From Rhizaria sp. SCN 62-66 (Eukaryota), in NCBI GenBank assembly GCA_001724265.1, contig MEDY01000119.1, positions 1 to 64,000 on the forward strand: a DNA stretch of 64,000 bases, read 5' to 3'. Under the pieces are notes generated by a model. It searched no databases. It had not been told where the DNA came from and was given only the letters and a program-made list of their open reading frames with translations. Positions 34,477-45,015 of the stretch are shown one piece after another. The translations under genes and the position numbers were made by a program. Position 1 is the stretch's first letter. Each line of letters opens with the position of its first letter.

Positions 34477-35275
34477 CGCTGCGAGGCTGCGGATGGGAGC
34501 GGGGCGAGATAAGGCAATGATAGGGTGGAGCGTGAGAAGTCGTGTCTGGGGAGAGATTGAGGATACTGAGAAAGAAAACCCAGCTGCGCGTTGGAAAAAT
34601 AGGGATACATAACACATGGCGCTTATAGAGCACTAAGGGTGCGGTCTTAATTGAGTGTGGCGTGCATAGCGGCGAGAATAGATGATCAGAAACCTCGTGG
34701 GGCAAAACGGAACAGCTTTGGTTGATGCAAGCCATAATGATCGTCAGTGAAAAAATAAACACTGAAACCGATATCACCAAACAAAAATTCCTTCTACCTG
34801 TTGATACGATGCCATAAACTAACAGTTAAACCCCTCCTTGAACTGCGTTTTGATAGAAATCTTGGTCTCACTGTGTGTTGGGGGCTGGGCTCGATTGAGA
34901 TTTGTGGTGGCTTTGGGAGTTTGGGCTCAGTCAGGGCGCGACTGTGGGCGATTAATGTTAAGCCGCAAGAGGCGGTGCTGGGGCATTTTGGGCGATCAGA
35001 AATTCACCTCTAGCGGGACGTGCGAGTCGACATTTGCTTCCGTGCAATGCGGACATTATTTTAATCGCTTAGTTCTTTCATGCACAATTTATGTTGGCTT
35101 CTCTTGCGCTAGATTCATGCTGCTGTGGCCTCTGCAAGAAGGGTCCAGACTCACTCTCCACACCACCTTGTTCGATTATCTTATTCGCTTCCCACTCACC
35201 GATTCGTGTTTCCGCTCGTGTTATCTTGTCTCCTTTTGTTTTCCCCGTTGCGTTTCACTGTGTAGACCAGCCAGC

Positions 35276-35479
35276 ATGTCTGACACTGAGTTCATTGACC
35301 CCAAGAAGGTTGCCGAGGAGTCCTGCCGCGAGCCCTGCACCAAGCCCTTCACCATCTACCAGGAGTGCGCCAAGCGCATCGAGGGCAAGGAGGGCCAGCA
35401 CTGCACCGGCTTCGCCATGGACTACTGGAAGTGCGTCGACGCCTGCGCTACCCCCAAGTACTTCCACCTCCTCAAGTGA
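35276..35479 (+). CDS. QCR6: Cytochrome b-c1 complex subunit 6 (hinge protein), 67 aa
   Basis: MSDTEFIDPKKVAEESCREPC...YQECAKRI...HCTG...DYWKCVDACATPKYFHLLK shows the typical hinge Cys pattern; stop TGA. A pyrimidine-rich stretch ending TGTAG at 35265 may be the acceptor of a 5'UTR intron. Confidence 0.95.
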   Translation: MSDTEFIDPKKVAEESCREPCTKPFTIYQECAKRIEGKEGQHCTGFAMDYWKCVDACATPKYFHLLK

Positions 35480-36175
35480 GTGCCCCCAGGGTCGGGCGCC
35501 GGTCTCGCCGCCGCCCAACCTCGTCCCCGCGTTCGCGATCGCTCCAGTCTGACTGACTCTCCACACGACAGAGCACAGCAGATCAGAGCGATGGACGGAC
35601 AGGACCGGGCTGGACGGCGAGCGGCGTTGCCGGGTGGGCGGCGCCAGTCCTGCACACACGCGCGCGCGTCGCGGCGCTGTGTCACAACATCCCAGAGTGT
35701 CAACGAAGTGAACCCAACCGTTTCGTTGTCGATGCGTCACGAAAACATTTCTGGGCGACGACATAGTGACCGCACGTGCACGCGTGCTGTGTCTGTGCTG
35801 GTGCCTGCTGGCGGTGCCGTGCGAGCAGCCGGCGTTGAGGGCGCAAGCCTTATTTAAACGCCACGCTTTTTGTTTTTTTACTATCCACACATGCTTCTTT
35901 AGTTCGCGGCGCGTTGTTTCTGCCCTTTTGTCGGGACACCGCGCCTGCAGTGGGCGCGTTCTTAGCGGTGCGCTCTTCTGCGGCTATAAATACACATAAT
36001 ATTATTAATCAACACACTCCATTTAAGCAACTCCATGCGAGGACATCTAAATCATTGGTCTACTCTGTATTCGTTGTGCTACGTTATTCGTTAAGTTTCT
36101 CATTCTGTTCTCACGGCCCCTGCTGCTGTTGCTGCCCACATTCCCGGCCCAGGTCGTGATGACCGGCGACACCGG

Positions 36176-39100
36176 TCACCAGTTGGCCCCCGTGCGAGAG
36201 GCCACGAAGGCCCGCGCGCCCGCCCCCGGACTGGCCGGCCCGTCGCTCTGCTGCCACTGCTGCTGTTGCTGTTGCTGCGTCCCAGCTGCTCCGGGCGAGC
36301 CAGGGGCTGTGGCATCGCTAATAGATGCCAGCAACGCCTCTGCACCGGCACCGCTATTGTAGTTGTAGTTATTGTTGCTGCTGCTGTGGCCGCCCCAGGA
36401 GGGCCGGGTGGCCGCCGCGCGCGCGGACAGGAGCAGTGCAGCCGCGCCGCCCGCGCCGGGGCCCGCGCCTGGCAGCGGCGGCGGCGACGGGGAGCGGGAG
36501 TACGACGGTGCGGTGCTACTATAGGGCGCGGCGCTACTATAGGGCGCGGCGCCGCTATAGGGCGCAACGCTAGTGTAAGGCGCGGCGGGGGCGGCGAAAG
36601 GCGCCGCTGCGTAGCTGTGCGGGGGACTCGGCGCGGGCGACGAAGACTGCGGCGGCGACGGCGACTGAGGGGGCGAGTAGCTCTTCTGACGGCCCCAGTC
36701 CTGACGGCCCCAGTCGTTCGCTGCGCTGTGCCCGTGACTCGGCTTGGGCCGCTGCGGCTGCCACAGCTCATCCAGATTCGCAACAGGAGGCGGCGGCGAG
36801 TCATCGCGCTCACGCTCGCGGTCATGACCACGCTCACGATCACGGTCACGGTCATGCTCACGACCACCGCGCTGCTCCCGCTGGCGCAGGCCCTGGCCTT
36901 GGCGCTCGCGCTCGAAGTCGCGCTGCTCGCGGGCGCGCTGCTGCTGCTGAAGCTGCTCCCGGTAACTCATGCCCGCGCTGCCCTTGCCCAGCGAGCTCTT
37001 GTTGCCGTAGTAGCGCGCGCTATCGTCGGAGCCAGCGCCCGAGTCGGAGCCGGAGGGGCCGAGACTTGCGTCGGCGTCGCGCGCGCGGCTGCGAGCGCTG
37101 TAGATGCGGCCCGTCTCGTCCCCGCTGCCGTGGCTCTGCTCGGCAGGCTGGCTGGCGCCCTTGCTGTGGGCGGTGTTGTTGCTGTTGCTGTTGCTCTGTG
37201 GCGCGCGCCAGGAGAGGTCGCCCAGCCCCGGCAGCGCGCCGCCTGCGGCGTTGTTGCCGCGGTAGGTCGCGCGGGGGCCCGCGCCCAGCAGCATCTGCGG
37301 CAGCCGGCCCAGCTCCGGTCCCGGCGCGACCGTGGTATCCAGCCCCGCCGTCGCCGCCGTCGCGTCGTCGCCGAGGTCGTCGCCAAGGCCGTTGTCGACG
37401 TGGTAGCCGTTGTAGTCGTCGCCGTGACTCGTGGCGGCGGCCTGGTCGTCCTTGCTGACGTCCCAGCCCCAGCGCGGCACCGCGGGGCCCTCCGCGTTGC
37501 TCAGGTCGTGGCTCACGTAGGCGCTCGCGTTAGGGCCCGCAACCGCACCGGGGACCTGTACAGGGCTGCCGCGGCCGCCGACAGGGCCCGCGGCGGCCGC
37601 AGCGGGAGCCAGCCAGCGCGACAGCGCCGCGCGCGCGCTCTCGGGCAGCCCTGCGTCGAGAGCGGGGGCGACGTCGCCGAAGTGGCTCGCGCGCTGCGGG
37701 GTGCCGGCGCTGGAGAAGGCGCCCCCCGCGCTCGTGGCGGCGATGTAGGCCGCCGACGGCGAGTGCGGCTGCGGCTGCTGCGGGTAGAGCCGGCAGGGGC
37801 TGGGCTCGGCCGAGCCGTTGGCGTTGCGACCGTGGGCGTCGGGGAGGTCGGGCAGGCCGGAGGAGTCTTCGCCGTCGCTCCTGCTGCTGCTGATGTTGAC
37901 AGGCGCAAGAATAGCAGCGGCACTGCTTTTGTTGCTGTCGCCAACCGCGGCCGCAGCGGAGGCAGGTTGCGCGAAGCCGGCCTTGGCAGCGGCGAGCCTT
38001 CCCGCGGCGGCCTCGATCGCACGGACCAGCCGCCGCACCTCAGGGTCGGCCAGCTCGGCGGAAGTCAGGCGGCCCCACAGCGCACCCGACGCCACAGCCG
38101 CAGCCTCCGCGTCCGTGCCCGCGACGCCCCTGCCCTTGCCCTTGCCGTGGCCGTGGCCGCGACCGTGGGCGTGGGCGTAACCGTGGGTGCGAGCGGGCTG
38201 CGGCGAGGACGAAGGGGACTTGGACTCCTGCTCCTGCGCTTGCCCCGTCGCTCTCTGGCTCTGGCTCTGGCTCTGAGCAGCAGTGGCGCCGGCCGCGGCG
38301 GCGGTGACGGGCGTGGCGAGCACGGCCGCCGCGGGAGTGCTGAAAGGCGAGCCGCCCGTGGGGACCGTGCGGCGTTGCGGCGTCGTCGGCGCAGCGCCAG
38401 AGACGGGGCCCGGGGCCGGCGCGGACGCAGCGAGGCCCAGCTGCTGCTGCTGCTGCTGCTGTTGAGCCGAGTACTGGTACTGGTCGGGCTGCAGCGTCGC
38501 CCACAGGCGCGAGCCGCCGGGATTGAGGCCCTGTGCCTGCGCCTGCTGCTACTGCTGCTGCTGCTGACTGTCCGCGGCGTGGTCGTGGTCAGCGGGCAGT
38601 GCAAGCATGCCGGCGCGCCAGCCACTGGCGCTGGTGCCAGCGCCAGCGCTAGTGCCAACAGTCGTGGTCGCGGCGGCGTTGGCGTCACCAAGAGCTGCGG
38701 CCGCGGCGACGGGCAAGAGGGCAGCAGCGCCTGCAGCAGCAGCAGGTGAAGCGGTGGCGGGAGGCACGACTTCTTGCAGCGCCTGCAGCAGCGCGCGCAA
38801 CAGCGCCAGACTCTGTCCCTCAGCAGCAGCGCCAGCAGCAGCCGTGCCGCTAACAGTCGCAGGAGCCGCCGCCGCCGTCGCAGCGGACTCTGCCTCCGCC
38901 TCGGCCTCAGCAGCTTGCATCGAGCGCTCCAGGACCGCGGGCGGCACCGGTCCTGCCGTCGCGTTGAGGGCGGAGACGTCGTAATTGTTGGCATTGACGC
39001 TGTTGACGCTGACCGCGGAGATGTTAAGCTCTACAGGCGCTGCCGCTGCCGCAGGCGCAGCGCCAGCCGCGTCCGCCAGCGGCGCGTGCTCGGGCGGGGA

Positions 39101-41113
39101 GACCCCAACCGAGTGCGTGTGGTAGTAGTGGTGGAAGTGGTGATAGTGGTGCATGGCGGCTTTGCCGCCCGCCGTAGCCGCAGCAGCCGCCACAGGAGCA
39201 GTGCCATTGGCCGTCGCAGAGGGCGCAGGGCGATAAATGTGCGTCTGAATAAGGTTGCCTTGAGACTGCGCCTGCGTCTGTCCAAGTGCAGGCGCGCGCC
39301 CGCTCGCGCTCATGTTAGCGGCAGTGGGCGCGTTGTCGCCGTCGCCGTCGCCGCCCTCGGCGCCGCGGTCGCAGCGGGGCACCTTGCCGGGCGACGCGGC
39401 GGCGGAGGCAGGCCCGGAGTACGTCGAGGCGAGCGCGCCTGAGGAGGGCCCGGAGGAGACCGAGGTCGAGTGCTGCTGCGAGGGCGCCTGGGAGGGCGGC
39501 AGGTGCGAGTGCTGCTGTGAGGCCGGGAGCGAGGCTGGGAGCGAGGCCGGGAGAGACTGCGGCTGCGACCGCGGCTGCCGCGTCGCAGGGCCCGCCGCCG
39601 CCACGGCGGGCGGCCGCAGCGCCGCGGCCGACGCGGACGCCGCCACAGTCTGCTGTTGCTGTTGCTGTTGTGCTTGCGCTTGCGCGAGCGGGAGCGGGAG
39701 CGCGTGCCAGTGCGCGCGCGGCTGCTGCGAGCGGGGCTGGAACTGCGCAGCCTCGGCCGCCGCGCGCGCCGCCGCCGCTGACGGCAGGGGCTCATTCGCC
39801 TCAATCACAATGCCAACCTGCTGCTGCTGATGTTGCAGCGCGGGGTTGGAGCTGGAGAAGGCGGCCGAGCCCCCCGAGAGGAACAGCGCTTCCTCTTCGC
39901 CCAGCGCCAGCGCCGCGGCCTCGCCGGCGTTCGCGCGGCCGCTGCCGCTGCTGAGGCTCGCAGCGTCGGCGTCGGAGGCGGAGTCGGAGCTGGGGCTCTT
40001 ATCAGCCAAATTCTGCCGCTGCTGCTGATGCTGGTGGCGTTCAGGAGAGGGGGTCGGAGTCCAGGGCTCGTCTACCGGGGCCGGCAGCGGCTGTGGCTGC
40101 GGGCCAGTGCCAGTGTCAGTATCAAAGGCAGCGCCAGTGGCCGCGTCGGAGCCGAAGCCGAGTCCGGGGACTGAGCCTGGGACTGAGCCCAGGGCAAAGC
40201 CGGAGCCGGACACGGGGCCGGGCATCGACGCGCCGCCGGTGCTGGGGCTGGCAAAGCTGTGTGCGTTGCTGTTATGCGCGTTGAGGGCGGCGGCGGAGAA
40301 GGCCAGCGAACCCGAGGCCGCCGAGGCCAGCGCCAGCGCTGCGAAGCTGGGCTGCTGCGCCGCCGCGAAGCCGTCGCGCGAGGCGTTGTGGCTGTGCGCG
40401 CCGCCGCCGTACGCGTGGCCGAGGCCGTAGCCGCCGGCGTCGTCGAGGGCGTGCTCGGCCGACGACACGCGCAGGTAGCGAGGCTCCGGCGCCGGGACTA
40501 AGGCAGGGGCGGGGGCCGGCGCGGGCGCGGGCGCAGGACCGGCCAGGACCACGACGGCGGGGGCAGCGGCAACAGCAACGACAGGGGGAGTGCCAGGGGT
40601 AACAGCGACACGGCTGCCGCCCGCGCTAGGGCCCACCATCGCAGCAGCAGCAGCAGCAGCATCATCAGCATCGGCGTCAATGTCGGCTGCAGCGGCAACA
40701 GCGGCGGCGGCAGTCGTCGGGGAGTTGTCGTTCAGGTCTGCGGAGACGTTTTCGGGCGTGAGTTCGTCGCTGGCGTCGTCGAAGTCGAGGCGGTAGGCCG
40801 CCGTCTCGGTTGCGCCCAGCGCAGCAGGCAGAGGCGGCGGCGGCGGCGGCCCGTGCGCCGCGGCGTGCGCGGCCGCGGAGCGCGAGAAGCGCTCAATGGC
40901 AGACACGTCAACCACCGAGTCTAGCGGCCGCGGCGTCAGCGCGTGCAGCTCCATCACATGGTTGCGTGTCGAGCTCAGGTTCTGTGGGTGCTGTGCGCTA
41001 GGAGCGGCGACAGCTGAGGAGGAGTGTTGATAGTGTTGGTTTGGTAGTTGCTCAGAGATGTCAAAAGCATTGTTGTCGCCCCCAGTCAAGGCCAGATGCT
41101 CCGGCGCACTCAT
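36176..41113 (-). CDS. Large low-complexity (Ala/Gln/Pro/Ser) protein of unknown function, ~1645 aa if the in-frame TAG at 38549-38551 is read through
   Basis: Track ORFs 38549..41149 and 36176..38323 share a frame. The 225 nt between them are open, and the only interruption is one TAG inside a poly-CAG run. ATG at 41113, terminal TGA. Confidence 0.72.
36514..36566 (-). repeat. 18-nt tandem repeat (~3 copies) encoding APYS(S/G)A
   Basis: gctactatagggcgcggc-like units. Confidence 0.75.
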
Positions 41114-41917
41114 AAAAAGTACGTGGCAATGCGGTCGGTATGACAGCAAAGCGCCTGCCAGCTGGCTAGAAGCTGTTGGAGTTGGCGGGAGGGAAGAGAT
41201 ACCAGAGGGTTGCCAGCCGACTGACTGAGGTCACTGCACGAAAGATAAAGACGCACAGACAACTTTGTAAGATGCGTTATTAAAAATACTACAGGAATAC
41301 AAACAGTTTTACCCGAAACACACACTATCAGAACAAAGCACGAATAACTTTTTGAATTCTGAACGGTCCCAATTTGGCGCTCGAAACGAGACAACATCCA
41401 ATCTGGACGGGTTCGCAAAAAAGCTCGTCTCGAGAAGAAGAGGTTCGAAAAGTGCAACGACCATGTCGTCTGAAGCTGCTCGAAAATAGAGTTATTAAGA
41501 ACACACCATCGTCTGCTACGTGTATTTTAGTGCTCTTGAGTTTTTTTGTGTTATATTAAGTATTGCCCTTATTTAAGGCGGTATCACATTGCAACCATCG
41601 AGTCCAGGGCACGGGTTGTTGCACTGCCCATTCATGTTGCTAAACGGGATCAGGCCAGCGATGTTCGAGCGGTGCCGTGGGACTGTGTCCGCTCTATTTA
41701 CTCTGAACACGCCACGATACTGTTGACCATTTACTCTTTGAAACAAAACCCCTTGCTTTTCCTTCGAATCTCCGCTCACTTTGTCACGATCCACGCTCTT
41801 GTTCGCTCTGACCCCTCTCTGTCGTCACCTGCTTTCTCCTTGTGTCTGCTGCTGCAATTCTCCGCAGTTCATAGCTTTCACTTCGCGTGCTCCGCCGCTG
41901 TCCGTCGCCGCCGCTTG

Positions 41918-44900
41918 ATGTCTGACCCGTCTCGCGACCCGTTATCGGACGACAGCGCGTCCGCGCCGCCCTTCCTGCCTTTTACTTCGGACGAAGAGCC
42001 CTCCGACAGCAACAACAACAATGTGAGCCAGCAGCAGCAGCAGCAGCAGCCGCCGCAGCCGCCGCAGCGCCTGGCGTCGATGTCGCGCCCGCGGCGCATG
42101 TCGGTTATGCTCGTTGACGGCACAACTATTCACCCCGACGGGACCGACGGCGCCGACCTCGGCTCGCTGGCCGTGGCCTCGGCGGGCGGCTACGAGGACC
42201 TGCGGTCGCCCAGCTTCGACGAGTTCCTGCCGCCGCACCTGCAGTCGGGCTTCGCGGCCAGCCCCATGGGCCTGGACCTGGACCTGGACCTGGCTTCGGT
42301 CACGGCCGCGGGCGTCAGCGCCGTCGACGCGGGCCCTGACCCCTTCTCGCTGTTGCCCGGTCCCGCCGCCTTTGCTGCCGCCGCGGCTGCCGCCGCCGCC
42401 TCCGCCGCCGCGTTCCCCACGGCCGCCGGGTTCCCGCCCGGGCCCGGCTTCCCCTCACAGGCCGGGTTCCCGCCCGCCGCCGCGGCTGCCTTCCCCCCGA
42501 CCGTGCCTGCCTCCGACGCCGCCGCGACCGCTGCCACGGGCGCCGCGGGCTCTGGGCCCTTGTCCGCCGGCTCCGTGTCGGACGCCAGCGCCTTCTCCGC
42601 CGCCTACGCGGGCTCGGTCGCCAGCGCGGGCTCCGTGCTCAGCGCGGGCTCGGTGCCCATCGGCGTCGCGTTCCCTGCCGGCGTCGACATCTTCGCGCAG
42701 CCCCCGCTCGTCTCCGCGGGCGGCAGTCCCCTGCTGGCCGGCCTGAGCGGCGCTCCCGCCCCTGCGGCGGCCGCGGCGGCCGCGGCGGCCAGTCAGCCGG
42801 GCAGTCTGCAGGGCAGTCCGCTGGCGCCCGACGCCGCCGGCTTCCCGCCCACGGTCGCCCTGCCCCTGATGGCCGGCGTGCCCCTGGCCGGCGTGCCGCT
42901 GACCGGCGTGCCGCTGGGAGTGCCGATGTCGCTGTCGGCGACGCTGCCCGTGGGCGACATGGAGCTGGCCTACCCGGGAGTCGAGTTCCCCGAAACCGCG
43001 AACACGGTCGCCAACCTCGCCGCCGCCGCCGCTGCCGCTGCCGCCGCTTCCGAGGAGACCCACCCCGCGCTGGACCCCTACAGCCACCCCGAGGGCGCGC
43101 TGCTGCCGCCCGTGGCCCAGCCGCAGCCTGGCCCCTCGCCCAGCAGCATCACCGTCAGCCTCAGCAGCGCCGGCGGCGTCAGCTCCAGTTCCCACAGCTC
43201 CAGCGCCGCCGCCACTGCAGGCGGCGGCGGCGGCGGCGGCGGTTACGCCACCCGCCCCTCACGCGCGAGCTCCGTGGCGACTGCGCGCCCGGCCTCGCTG
43301 GCCGCGCATCCCGCCGCGCAGCCCGTGGACGACTTCGGCGACGGCGCCGCGGCCGGCGACGGCTACGGCGACGGCTACGGCGGCGGCTACGGCGATGCGG
43401 ACCCCTACGACGACGACGACTACGACGAGGAGGCCGCGGGACCCGACCCGCGCGCCGCGCTGGCCGCGGCGGCCGAGGCGGCGGACCTGGCCGCTGAGGC
43501 CGCGGCGGAGGAGGCGGAGGCCATCGCGGGCGGCGTGCGGCCGCGCGACCTGGACCCGGCGGCGCAGGTGGCCATCACCGAGGCTGTGGCCGCGGACCTG
43601 GCCGCCGCCAACATGGCACTGGCCGAAATGAAGAGCGCCGCGCAGGCCGCCGCGGCCGCAGCCGTGGCCGCGCAGGCCGCCCAGGCCGCGCAGGCGCAGG
43701 CGGAGGCGGAGGCCGCCGCCGAGGCCGCCGCTGCCGCCGCCGCGAAGGCCGAGGCGCAGGCGCAAGCCCTCGCCAACAGCAATACCGCCGCCGCGGCCTC
43801 AGTCGCCTCCGCGGCCGCCGCCGTGGCCTCCGCCGCGGCCGCGTCCGCCGCCGTGGCCGTGGCCGCGGTGTCGGGCTCCCCCGCGCGCGCCGCCTCGGCC
43901 GGCCTGCGGTCCGCCCTATCCAGCCCCAGCCCCGCCACCGCCACCGCGCCCGGCGCCGCACACACGCCCGCGGGCCGCGCCTCGGCCGGCGCGTCCCCCG
44001 CCGCGTCCGCCGCCGCCGGCGCGTCCCCGCCGCCTTCGTCCGCGGCGTCGACCGCGGCGTCGTCGTCGGCCCCCCCCGCTTTCCCGTTCGCGGTCCGCGG
44101 CGGCCCGTCGCGTGAACCCGAGGACGACTCGGTCGAGGCCATCGCCTTCCGCGCCGCGTACATGGCGCGTTCGCCGGAGGTGCTCCGCGCGGCGCACGCG
44201 CGCGCGGCGGCCCTGCGCGAGCAGCGCAAGGCGCAGCAGGCCAAGACCTTCGCGACTCTCGAAGAGGAGGCGCGGCGGCACTTCATTCAGCCGCTGGCGA
44301 CCAAGCCGCTGACGCTTGAGCGCTACAAGATGCTGCTGCGCGCCAAGAACAACTCGCTCGACTACTACCCCAGCTACAACTCGCTGTACCTCAAGGCGGC
44401 AGTGTCCGAGACGTGGGCCGCGAACCAGTGGCGCATCTTCTTTAAGTGGCTGCTCGCGTTGCTGGTTGGCGTCTGCGTCGGCTTCCTGGGTTTCGCGGCC
44501 ATCTTCGGCACGCGCGTGCTCAACGACATCAAGCTCGGCTGGGTGGGGTACTTCCTGCAGTCGGACAACTACTTCCTCGGCTGGCTCATCTTCACGGCCT
44601 GGAACGCGGCCTTCCTGTGCATCACGGCGGCCGTGATCAACTACCATTGCCCCATCTCGGCCTCGGGCTTGCCCGACGTGCGCGCCTTCCTCAACGGCGC
44701 CAATATCCCCACGCTCTTCACCTTCCGCGCGCTCTACTCCAAGGTCTTCATCACCGTGCTCTGCGTGGCGGCCTCGATGCCCATGGGCGTGCAGGGCCCG
44801 CTCATCCACACCGGCGCGCTCATCGGCGGCTGGCTCGCGCAGCACATGCGCACCGTAGTGCTGCGCCTGTGTTGCTGCGCGGGCCCGCGCGACGAGATCC

Positions 44901-44982
44901 GCGACGAGGAGGACCGACCCGTCTTCCCCTCGCACCACCCCTACTTGGACGAGCAGGACGTCCTCGCGCCGCGCTCCGCGCT

Positions 44983-45015
<33 letters not shown>

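Noticed and set aside
2348-35479. Functional cluster of complex III genes (CBP3 and QCR6), or of GPI/ER genes (CLPTM1 and PIG-U)
   Set aside because: Separated by unrelated genes over 9-31 kb; compatible with chance in a compact genome.
28925-38551. Pyrrolysine insertion or micro-introns as the explanation for the in-frame TAGs
   Set aside because: Pyrrolysine is not known in eukaryotic nuclear genes, and the sites are low-complexity rather than catalytic. The overlapping GT dinucleotides lack the +5 G and the AT/pyrimidine-rich body seen in all local introns.
41546-41917. Upstream non-ATG extensions given in the ORF track (also 13228-13299, 18392-18460, 34477-34617, 34838-35275)
   Set aside because: They begin at bacterial-style GTG/TTG starts in AT-richer UTR or intergenic DNA; the first in-frame ATG at the GC transition is the more plausible eukaryotic start.
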